Shown here piece after piece: positions 48,961 to 57,262 of a stretch of 64,000 nucleotides of DNA. A program made the translations under genes and the position numbers. The first letter of the stretch is position 1; the number at the start of each line of letters is the position of its first letter. Source of the stretch: Candidatus Latescibacterota bacterium (GTDB taxonomy: Bacteria > Latescibacterota > UBA2968 > GCA-2709665). Under the pieces are notes generated by a model. The model did no database searches, had not been told where the DNA came from, and was given only the letters and a program-made list of their open reading frames with translations. The stretch is from assembly GCA_965208835.1 (NCBI GenBank), contig OZ242358.1, positions 4,160,001-4,224,000 on the forward strand. Reading direction: 5' to 3'.

Positions 48961-50088
48961 TCAGTGGTAACCGGTTCCCTCGGGCGGCCGGGCGTACGCC
49001 ACCGCGATCCGGCTGGGAACGCCGGTTCGTTTCATCGAATTCACGCCCCTGCATGACAGCGACTGCACCCCCTCCCGCATCGGCCAGTCGAAACGTTCGC
49101 CGCACCGCTGCCAGACCCCGTCGTCGAAGCGGATCTCGTAGTGGTCGAAGAACGGCATACAGTGCGAAAGCGTTACCGCCAGCCTTGCCCCCTCCTCATC
49201 CCAGGACGGATGCGTGGAGATGCGCACCAGATTCACTGTCCAATATACATCCGGGAGACTGGAGGTCAATCGAGCGGGGCCAAGCGGTTTGAAGTTACTC
49301 ACGAACGTGGGCAGGCACCTCCTGTCCACCCATTCCAGGGTGCGGCGGTCCGTCAGAACCCGGACCCGGGCGTAGTAGTCCATCACCCTGTTTCGCAGGA
49401 ACCTCGCGAACAAATGGCGGTTGACCTCCTCGTCATAGTCCTTCCGGCAGGTGGGGTCCCGGAGCGCGAGACGGACGTGCCTGGCATCGGGAATGACGAA
49501 TTCCGGCTGATCCTGCACCATTTCGACCTCATCCGTATTGCTGTCCAGCCAGGCTTTCCGGATCTCCAGCGCGTTCAACGGCGTACCGTCCCGCTCGTAG
49601 TGGACGTTGATATCGGGATCCATCATCACCCACTTCCGGTATTCGTTGGACCAGACCTCCGCAACCGCGTGTCCGACGTTCCACATAGCGTAGTCCCGGG
49701 GCGCCTCGCAATCTTCGATGGAGACCGCCACCCTCCGCGCCGGCCAGCCGAGTGCGGTTGCCGCATCCACGAATACCCGGGCGTAGGAACCGCAGAAGAA
49801 GCGTTCCCCCCTGCTCACGGCCTCCAGAATCCCCAGGCCGTCGTCGACTTCCGGGCGGTTGTACCAGAGCCCGTGGTCCCACTGTCCGCGGACCCATCGC
49901 TTCAGGGCCAGAAACCCCTCGAATTCCGTCCCGCAGCCCGCCACGACGTCTTCCAGACTGTATTCTTCCCTGAGGCGCACGATTCTCGGCGCATGCGGGT
50001 CCCCGTAATCGTGGCACCTATAGTCCCCGCTGAAGTCCGGGACGTTATAGGAGACGACTCGGAATTCACCAGGACACATCAGGCTCAT
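48961..50088 (-). CDS. Transglutaminase-like (papain-fold) domain protein
   Basis: FFCGSYA (Cys), GHAVAEVWS (His), WVMMDP (Asp). GGGAGG RBS. Confidence 0.82.
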   Translation of the reverse strand: MSLMCPGEFRVVSYNVPDFSGDYRCHDYGDPHAPRIVRLREEYSLEDVVAGCGTEFEGFLALKRWVRGQWDHGLWYNRPEVDDGLGILEAVSRGERFFCGSYARVFVDAATALGWPARRVAVSIEDCEAPRDYAMWNVGHAVAEVWSNEYRKWVMMDPDINVHYERDGTPLNALEIRKAWLDSNTDEVEMVQDQPEFVIPDARHVRLALRDPTCRKDYDEEVNRHLFARFLRNRVMDYYARVRVLTDRRTLEWVDRRCLPTFVSNFKPLGPARLTSSLPDVYWTVNLVRISTHPSWDEEGARLAVTLSHCMPFFDHYEIRFDDGVWQRCGERFDWPMREGVQSLSCRGVNSMKRTGVPSRIAVAYARPPEGTGYH

Positions 50089-50104
50089 GGGATCCTCCCG
50101 AGAA

Positions 50105-51019
50105 CTACCCGGCTCGCACCGGCTTCCCCAGCGCCTCGGCCATCGCACGGATGTGGGATGGTCCCGCGCCGCAGCAGCACCCCACGAAGTTGATCCCTTC
50201 CGCCCTCGCCTTCAGCGCGAACGCCGCCATCTCGTCGGGCGTGACGCCATTGCTGTGACGGTGGACGGCGTAGCCGACGTCTTCGGTATCCGTCATTTGC
50301 CTGAATCCCTTCGGCTGGCAGGCGATCGGCACGTCCACCGCTTCCCGCATCTCGAGCGCCGTCGGCAGCATCTGGTCCGGATCCCCGATACAGACGGTCC
50401 CCACGATATCCGCTCCGTCGTCCGCGAGGACGCGGGCGCATTCCGCCGCACTGGCGCCGTCCTGCGTCTGTGTGTCGCTTCCGATGCCCACAAGCGCCAT
50501 CGTCGGCAGGCCGGTCTTCTTGCAGCTTTCCACGCACAGCCGCATCTCGTCCAGACGGAAAAACGTCTCCGGGATCAGGAAGTCCGCACCGGCGTCGACG
50601 AGAATCGCGATCTGCTCTTCCCATTCGGCCTGCGCGCGTGCGCCCGACGAAGGATCCTCCGGATTGTAAACCCGGTCTCCCAGCCGGGAGCCGGTCATCG
50701 TGGAGACGAGACATCCGCCCACCGGCGCCTCCCAACCGGACGCCTCTTTCGCCGCGCGAATCCCGGTCCGGTTGATTTCGTCAACGCGGCCTCCCCATCC
50801 GTATTTCTCCTCCAGCTGAGCGCCCGAGGTAAACCACGTCAGCGCCTGGAGCACCTCCGATCCTGAATTATAAAAGTCCCGATGGATCTGCTGAAGCGCT
50901 TCCGGATGGGAGCCGATGATGCCGGGGACATCGTAACCTCTCCAGTTCGCCTCCAGGTACATCCCGCCGTCACCCAGAACGATCCCTTCATTGAGCATTT
51001 CCATAAGATTCCCGGCCAT
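50105..51019 (-). CDS. Homocysteine S-methyltransferase family protein, paralog 4
   Basis: GDGGMYLEANWRGY, LQALTW, PETF, GTVC, FVGCCCGAGPSHI. Confidence 0.9.
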   Translation of the reverse strand: MAGNLMEMLNEGIVLGDGGMYLEANWRGYDVPGIIGSHPEALQQIHRDFYNSGSEVLQALTWFTSGAQLEEKYGWGGRVDEINRTGIRAAKEASGWEAPVGGCLVSTMTGSRLGDRVYNPEDPSSGARAQAEWEEQIAILVDAGADFLIPETFFRLDEMRLCVESCKKTGLPTMALVGIGSDTQTQDGASAAECARVLADDGADIVGTVCIGDPDQMLPTALEMREAVDVPIACQPKGFRQMTDTEDVGYAVHRHSNGVTPDEMAAFALKARAEGINFVGCCCGAGPSHIRAMAEALGKPVRAG

Positions 51020-51059
51020 ATCTCAATTCTCCTATCGACAGTGATTAAATCGCCCCGCC

Positions 51060-51662
51060 CCCACACGTCCACCCCCCTCGACGTGGGGAGAGGGTAGAGG
51101 TGAGACGGGAGAAGATATCCATGCCAGGTATGTTATTCCTCCCCGCCTCCGGCACGAGAAGAATCCTCACAAGGCAGGTGATCTCTACCCTCTTACGTCT
51201 TACGTCTACCCGCCTTTACAGTAGTTGAATTCCCCCACACCCAGACGTCCCCATTCCCTTGATGTGGGTAGAGGTGAGAGGGTAGACGGGAGAAGAAATC
51301 CTCGCCCGGTATGTCATTCCACCTTGCCTTCGGCTCGAAAAGAATCCTCACAAGGCAGGCAATCTCTCCCGGCTAACGTCTTCCTTCTCACCAGGTGGTG
51401 GGCTGGGGTGTGGTCCTCTACCCTCTTCCGGCTTACGTCTTCCCGCTCTTACTGCAGTTGACTTCCCCCACACTCAGACGTCCCCTATTCCCCTGATGTG
51501 GTGAGAGGTGAGAAAATCGGGTAGACGGAAGACGTTAGACGGTAGATGAAATCCTTGCCAGATGAGATATTCCTCCCAGCCTTTGGCACGAGAAGAAACC
51601 TCACGGGGCAGGCAATCTCTCCCGGCTTACGTCTCACGTCTTACCGCCTTTACAGTAGTTAA
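51060..51662. repeat. Tandem array of three 77-bp dyad elements with arms (cores E 51110-51186, F 51291-51367, G 51544-51620)
   Basis: Three alignable cores. Units end in TTACAGTAGTT or TTACTGCAGTT and begin with CCCCACAC...GAYGTGG. Confidence 0.92.
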
Positions 51663-51679
51663 TGAGGTCCTCCCGAGAT

Positions 51680-52594
51680 TTACCCGGTTCGCACCGGCTT
51701 CCCCAGCGCCTCGGCCATCGCACGGATGTGGGATGGTCCCGCGCCGCAGCAGCACCCCACGAAGTTGATCCCTTCCGCCATCGCCTTCAGCGCGAACGCC
51801 GCCATCTCGTCCGGCGTGACGCCGTTGCGGTGACGGCGGACGGCATAGCTGACGCCTTCGGTATCCGCCGCTTGCCTGAATCCCTTGGGCTGGCAGGCGA
51901 CCGGCACGTCCACCGCTTCCCGCATCTCAAGCGCCGTCGGCAGCATCTGGTCCGGGTCCCCGATGCAGACGGTCCCCACGATATCCGCGCCGTCGTCCAC
52001 GAGAGTGCGGGCGCATTCCGCCGCATTGGCGCCGTCCCGTGTCTGCTTGTTGCTTCCGATGCCCACAAGCACCATCGTCGGCAGGCCGGTCTTCTTGCAG
52101 CTTTCCACGCACAGCCGCATCTCGTCCAGACGGGAAAACGTCTCCGGAATCAGAAAGTCGGCGCCCGCGTCCACCAGAATCGCGATCTGCTCTTCCCATT
52201 CGGCCTGCGCGCGGACGCGCGACGAAGGATCCTCCGGATTGTAACCCTTGTCTCCCAACCGGGAGCCCTTCATCGTGGTGACGAGACAGCCGCCGACCGG
52301 CGCCTCCCAGCCGGACGCCTCTTTCGCCGCGCGAATCCCGGTCCGGTTGATTTCGTCCACGCGGCCTCCCCATCCATATTTCTCCTCCAGTTGTGCCCCC
52401 GAGGTAAACCATGTCAGCGCCTGGAGCACTTCCGAACCCGAATTGTAAAAGTCCCGATGGATCTGCTGAAGCGCATCCGGGTGGGAGCCGATGATGCCGG
52501 GTACATCGTAACCTCTCCAGTTCGCCTCCAGGAACATCCCGCCGTCACCCAGAACGATCCCCTCCTTGAGCATTTCCATAAGATTCCCGGCCAT
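51680..52594 (-). CDS. Homocysteine S-methyltransferase family protein, paralog 5 (tandem duplicate of paralog 4)
   Basis: 304 aa; about 26 substitutions versus 50105-51019 by manual count. Confidence 0.9.
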   Translation of the reverse strand: MAGNLMEMLKEGIVLGDGGMFLEANWRGYDVPGIIGSHPDALQQIHRDFYNSGSEVLQALTWFTSGAQLEEKYGWGGRVDEINRTGIRAAKEASGWEAPVGGCLVTTMKGSRLGDKGYNPEDPSSRVRAQAEWEEQIAILVDAGADFLIPETFSRLDEMRLCVESCKKTGLPTMVLVGIGSNKQTRDGANAAECARTLVDDGADIVGTVCIGDPDQMLPTALEMREAVDVPVACQPKGFRQAADTEGVSYAVRRHRNGVTPDEMAAFALKAMAEGINFVGCCCGAGPSHIRAMAEALGKPVRTG

Positions 52595-52634
52595 ATCTCA
52601 ATTCTCCTATCGACAATGATTAAATCGCCCCGCC

Positions 52635-53013
52635 CCACACGTCCACCCCCCTCGATGTGGGGAGAGGGTAGAGGTGAGAGAATCGGGTAGACGGAAGACG
52701 TAAGACGGTAGATGAAATCCTTGCCAGATGAGAAATTCCTCCTTGCCTTTGGCACGTGAAGAATCGTCACGAGGCAGGCAATCTCTCCCCTCTAACGTCT
52801 TCCTTCTCACCAGGTGGTGGGGCGGGGTGTGGTCCTCTTCCGTCTTCCCGATTTTACAGTAGTTGAATTCCCCTGATGTGGGTAGAGGTGAGAGGGTAGA
52901 CGGGAGAAGAAATCCTCGCCTCGTATGTTTTCCCTCCTTGCCTCCGGCACGTGAAGAATCGTCACGAGGCAGGCAATCTCTCCCGGCTAACGTCTCCCCT
53001 CTCACCGCCTTTA
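52635..53013. repeat. Two tandem 77-bp dyad elements with arms (cores H 52710-52786, I 52905-52981)
   Basis: Alignable cores. Right end overlaps the stop codon of paralog 6. Confidence 0.92.
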
Positions 53014-53946
53014 CAGTAGTTGATACGGACCCGGCTGATCCGGCATCGACGTCGGTTTTCCGATCGCCTCCGCCATCGCCCGGATGTGATACGGCAGGGC
53101 ACCGCAACATGCGCCGATGAGACCGACGCCCATATCCCAGGCATCCCTCGCGTAGTCGGCCATCTCACGCCGGGGCTGGTGGCGGAGCTCGAAATGCACG
53201 CTGGATCCCGAGGCGATCTCCCGGGTATACTCCGCGCCGTTCTCCAGCACGTACGCCAGGGGTTGGGCGCAGACGGGTACGGACACGGCGTCCATCATCT
53301 TCCGCATGATATCCCGGTACAGGTGCCACGGCCGCCCGCAATTCACGCCCACGACGTCGGCGCCCGCGTCCACGAGCCGTTTCGCGACTTCATCCGGAAG
53401 ATGCCGGTCGGCGGTATACTCCCCCGACTTATAGGTGAACGCCACCACGGCTGGCACGCCTGCGGCTTTAATGGGGGCTAAGCCCAACAACGCCTCTTCC
53501 ACCGAGTAGAAGGTCTCCACGATGAACAGGTCCACGCCAGCCGCCGTCTGCTGTCCCACCCGCCGCTCGAAGAACGCCTGCGCCTCGCTCTTTTCCTGCG
53601 CGGAAAGGGGTGACCGCCTCCGGTACGATCCGATTCCGGAGGGGCTGAGCGTACCCGCCACGAACCGGTCCGGGCCGGCGGCCTCGCGTGCAAGCTCGAC
53701 CGCGGTGCGGTGCAGCTCTTCATCCCGTTCCATCCTGCCCACGCCCCAGGTCATGGCCTGCAGCACCTCGGCGCCCGCGAGCGCGAATTCCCTGTGCAAT
53801 TGGAGCAGGCCCTCAGGGTGGTCCAATACGGCCCAGGGTACGCCTTTGGCGAAACTCCCCAGGCACCGCCGTTCAAGCTCCAGAAAGTAGCCACCGTCGC
53901 AAAGTACCGGTCCGTCCTTAAGGCGATCCATAAATCCCGATGCCAT
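53011..53946 (-). CDS. Homocysteine S-methyltransferase family protein, paralog 6 (most BHMT-like)
   Basis: CDGGYFLELERR, LHREFALAGAEVLQAMT, VETF, GVNC, LIGACCGALPYHIRAMAEAIG. GGAGG RBS. Confidence 0.92.
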   Translation of the reverse strand: MASGFMDRLKDGPVLCDGGYFLELERRCLGSFAKGVPWAVLDHPEGLLQLHREFALAGAEVLQAMTWGVGRMERDEELHRTAVELAREAAGPDRFVAGTLSPSGIGSYRRRSPLSAQEKSEAQAFFERRVGQQTAAGVDLFIVETFYSVEEALLGLAPIKAAGVPAVVAFTYKSGEYTADRHLPDEVAKRLVDAGADVVGVNCGRPWHLYRDIMRKMMDAVSVPVCAQPLAYVLENGAEYTREIASGSSVHFELRHQPRREMADYARDAWDMGVGLIGACCGALPYHIRAMAEAIGKPTSMPDQPGPYQLL

Positions 53947-53998
53947 GGTAATACCTCCTGCTGGTCTTTAGCCTTAATCGGAATAAAGATAACGGATG

Positions 53999-54155
53999 AA
54001 TTGGCCACAAATAGCCTGAGTGCGGGTAGACGGTAGAGGTAAGACGGGAGAGGAAACCCTTGCCCGATCCTTTTTTCCTCTTTGCCTTAGGCACGATAAG
54101 AATCTCCACGCGGCAGGCAATCTCTCCCCTCTACCGTCTTGCGTCTCCCCGACTT
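53999..54155. repeat. 77-bp dyad element with heptamer arms, copy J (core 54049-54125)
   Basis: Core alignable to the family; left flank shared with copy B. Confidence 0.88.
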
Positions 54156-54204
54156 CTATCAGCACGTCTATTTTCATAACTTACTGCGTCAGAAGGCGAA
54201 CTGA

Positions 54205-55407
54205 CTAAACTGGATAATTGCCAGCCTTCCTTTTTTCCGAGGGCCTGAAATCCGGAACCTCCAGACACGCGTTCCCCTGCTCCACGGACTGCACGGCCAC
54301 AATGGCCGGCGCCGTCAGATCCGCCGACCGGTACACGTTCAGCGGCGGGTCCGAATCGTCCAGGATGGCGTCCAGAAACGAGGAAAGCGCGAAGTAGTCC
54401 ATATTTCCGTGCCCGCTGCCCCGGGCCTCCTCGGGAAGGTCTTCCGGAGAATATTTCCATTCCGCCTCACGCATCGATTCCTCTCCGGCGCTCTCCAGCC
54501 AGATCTTCGGCGTGTCCACGCCGCCGGCGCTGCCGTATATCTCCGCGGAGCGGGCGGTCTCCACCTTTCCCCTGGTCCCTTCCAGGTGCCACCAGTGATG
54601 GTCCCTGGGCGTCGCATACGTAAACCCGGCCGCCATCCGGACGATCGTATCCTTTTCCGTTTGCATCAGCGCCAACTGGATATCCGACGCCGGGATGCCT
54701 TCGTAATAATAACTTTCCGGACGCGTCGTCATGCAGGTCACCCGCGTCACCCGGTCCTGCAGCACCGTCAGGATGGGGCCCAGGTCGGTGGCCATGTACA
54801 GAATCGGATGGGGAAACCAGTTCCACATTCTGCTCTTCGCGGCCCTCGGATGATTCGACGCGTCGTCCAGATGGATGCGTTCGCCCGTTGCTGAATCGAC
54901 CCAGAACCGGTCCGGCGTCATCCAGTGAAGATACTGCCCCTGGGCGAAGATGACGTGGCCGAGTTCGCCCTCCACGACCAGTTTCCGCCAGGCTCTTACA
55001 AACGGGTGGTACATCACCTGCTCGGCCATCTGAAACTTCAGCCCGCTGCGCTCCACGGCCACCACCACCCGCCATAAGTCATCCATATCATACGTCAGCG
55101 ACACTTCGCAGGACGCGTGTTTCCCCGCCTCCATCGCCCGGCAGATCAGGTCCGGCTGATCGTGCGGCGCCGTTACGATCGCCACCGCGTCGATGTCCGC
55201 CTTAGCCAGCATCTCGCCATAGTCGGTAAAACACGCGATATCCGGATCGCCGGCTTCGCGGTACGCCTGCCCGACAAGCGCCTCCACCCTGTCGCAGAGC
55301 GCCGTCACACGGCAGGACTTGATCCGCCGCAGGTTCTTCATCCACGACAGCCTGCCCCGCGGCCCCAACCCCACGATCCCGATCTTTACCTGCTTCTGTT
55401 TGGGCAT
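54205..55407 (-). CDS. Gfo/Idh/MocA oxidoreductase, GH109-like
   Basis: IGIVGLGPRG, HASCEVSL, GQYLH, ILYMATDLGPI, GSGHGNMDY. Confidence 0.88.
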   Translation of the reverse strand: MPKQKQVKIGIVGLGPRGRLSWMKNLRRIKSCRVTALCDRVEALVGQAYREAGDPDIACFTDYGEMLAKADIDAVAIVTAPHDQPDLICRAMEAGKHASCEVSLTYDMDDLWRVVVAVERSGLKFQMAEQVMYHPFVRAWRKLVVEGELGHVIFAQGQYLHWMTPDRFWVDSATGERIHLDDASNHPRAAKSRMWNWFPHPILYMATDLGPILTVLQDRVTRVTCMTTRPESYYYEGIPASDIQLALMQTEKDTIVRMAAGFTYATPRDHHWWHLEGTRGKVETARSAEIYGSAGGVDTPKIWLESAGEESMREAEWKYSPEDLPEEARGSGHGNMDYFALSSFLDAILDDSDPPLNVYRSADLTAPAIVAVQSVEQGNACLEVPDFRPSEKRKAGNYPV

Positions 55408-55456
55408 AAGATGCTTCTTTCAAAGGTTACAATACTGAAGATGAGGCGTTGCTATT

Positions 55457-55975
55457 GTAGGGGCGACCGGCCGGTCGCCTAAATGCGGTGAGACGTGAGA
55501 GGGTAGACGGTAGAAGAAATCTTCGCCCGATATGATATTCCTCCTTGCCTCCGGCACGAGACGAAGCCCGACAAGGCAGGTTATCTCTCACCTCTCCCGG
55601 CATACGTCTTCCCGCTTCTAAGACCTTTCCCCTAACCCCCTTCCTGAAGGAAGGGAGAACCGGGGCTCCACGGCGTCTTGTCCAAGAGAAAAAACGGAGA
55701 TGACGTTCTCCCCTCAATCAAAGTGTCTACAGATGACCGGCAAGGCGACTTAGTGCTTTGCACCCCCTTTCCTTTAGGAGAGGGGGCCGGGGGGAGAGGT
55801 CGCCTAAATACGGTGAGAAGTGAGAGGGAAGACGCGAGAAGAAATCTTCGCCGGATATAATATTCCTCCTTGCCTCCGGCACGAGAAGAAACCTCACAAG
55901 GCGGGTGATCTCTCCCCTCTCCCGGCTTACGTCTACCCGCTCTTTGCTGACTGCTGAGAGCTGATGGCTGACAGC
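55457..55975. repeat. Composite repeat block: GTAG REP-like hairpin, dyad cores K (55512-55588) and L (55837-55913), CCCCT...AGGGG inverted repeat, GCTGANN tract
   Basis: GTAGGGGCGACCGGCCGGTCGCC at 55457. GACCTTTCCCCTAACCCCCTTCC (55622) pairs imperfectly with GGAGAGGGGGCCGGGGGGAGAGGTC (55777-55801). Heptamers at 55946-55975. Confidence 0.88.
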
Positions 55976-56193
55976 TTCTTTTGCTGCTTCTCGAGACAAC
56001 CGGTCACACCCGGTTCTGGCGTTCAAAGTCGATGTCAGCAGCACAAGATGAAACCGAAACAGAAACGGCAGCCGAATATCAGGCTGCCAGGTAGTCAACG
56101 TGCCTGGAAGAGTCGGTTAAGTTTTCTTATGTGGTTCCTCATTCTGTCACCGCAATACTCTCCCTGACCCCCGCACACGAGCGCCCATGCCCT

Positions 56194-56595
56194 TCAGTTA
56201 CAGTCTACTTCGACGGCCAACGCCTGACGGACAAACTGAAGGATATCACCGGCAAAACGCAGTCCCTGTTCGCTCTGAAGCGCGCCGTAGTGTTCATAGG
56301 CAGCCCCGTCAGCATGCGACCTGGGACTGCGTGTCGGCAGATAGTAACTGTCGAGCACCCGACCTTTTTCGACCAGGAGCTCCGGTGGTGCATCCGAAAG
56401 CTCCATGAGAAGGCGCGCAACAATGTGGCCCTTTTTCCTCTGTCCACCAGCAACATGGATTGCCTTGACGGCCTTTTCCGCCGCCTGGTGCGAGGCGAAG
56501 CAGGCCCAGGCGTGACGCCCACCGTTCTTTGAGGCAACAGCCTGCTCCAGATCGTGCTCCGCCTGGTCAAGCCAATCTCTCCATCGTTGCGTCAT
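56194..56595 (-). CDS. HEPN domain protein
   Basis: WLDQAEHDLEQA...WACFASHQAAEKAVKA...GHIVARLL...LDSYYLPTR. No adjacent nucleotidyltransferase. Confidence 0.85.
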   Translation of the reverse strand: MTQRWRDWLDQAEHDLEQAVASKNGGRHAWACFASHQAAEKAVKAIHVAGGQRKKGHIVARLLMELSDAPPELLVEKGRVLDSYYLPTRSPRSHADGAAYEHYGALQSEQGLRFAGDILQFVRQALAVEVDCN

Positions 56596-56826
56596 CCTGT
56601 TACTCCAGCTCTGTTAATTTCCAGACGCCGAGACCGCTAAATCCCCGGTTCATTTCGCTCCGAATTTCGGTACTTTCGTAGGCCACGTCGCTGAAAAGTT
56701 AAAATATCCCTAATTCTGAACTTAAGCAAGGGGAAATGACCGTCAATTGCCGTTTATCGAAGCATGAACTTGCGCTGACTCTACCGGCTCTCTGGCCCGG
56801 CATGGCGTTTTTCGACAGATAAAGCA

Positions 56827-56855
56827 TTGACGGCGGGTAGACCAATACATACCTT
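56827..56855 (+). promoter_or_regulatory. Sigma70-like promoter upstream of the DUF433 gene
   Basis: TTGACG-N17-TACCTT. Confidence 0.5.
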
Positions 56856-56948
56856 ATTCTCAAGGTTTAGAATGGACTCCAGGCTCACCGGACTCCGTGC
56901 GCCGCCAGCTTGCGGGCAGAGGCCATAGAAAACGCGAAGAGAGAGGTC

Positions 56949-57173
56949 ATGAAGTCATTCGAGAGGATCACCATCGATCCCGCGGTCATGGGCGGAAAGG
57001 CATGCATTCGCGGCCTGCGCGTCACGGTTGGAACCGTCGTAGGACTGCTGGCGGCCGGACGCACGCATTTCGAAATCCTCAAGGCATATCCCTACCTTGA
57101 AAAAGAGGACATCGACCAATCCCTGGCCTACGCCGCGTCGAAGCTGGAGGGAATTGACGCGAGACAAACCTGA
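56949..57173 (+). CDS. DUF433 domain protein (antitoxin-like)
   Basis: RITIDPAVMGGKACIRGLRVTV..VVGLLAAG....EILKAYPYLEKEDI. GAGG RBS. Confidence 0.9.
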   Translation: MKSFERITIDPAVMGGKACIRGLRVTVGTVVGLLAAGRTHFEILKAYPYLEKEDIDQSLAYAASKLEGIDARQT

Positions 57174-57262
57174 ATCCATCTTTTTGGAGCGCATCAGAGC
57201 AGTTGAATCTGCAAGGTCTCGAATCAACAAGCAAATGAAAGCGGACGCGAAAAGGCAACAGC

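Noticed and set aside
50105-52594. Diversity-generating retroelement TR/VR pair
   Set aside because: The whole gene is duplicated, differences are not adenine-specific, and there is no reverse transcriptase.
51060-53013. CRISPR array
   Set aside because: Units are 77-bp degenerate cores with related, non-unique intervening sequence; no cas genes.
46148-55944. Canonical integron attC array
   Set aside because: GTTRRRY fits only some unit ends (GTTGAAT), there are no matching RYYYAAC boxes, genes carry their own upstream regions, and no intI is in the window.
51225-56167. Short ORFs spanning the repeat blocks (e.g. 51225-51461, 52607-53110, 55427-55717, 55727-56098)
   Set aside because: Translations of heptamer arms; frames and stops are not conserved between copies.
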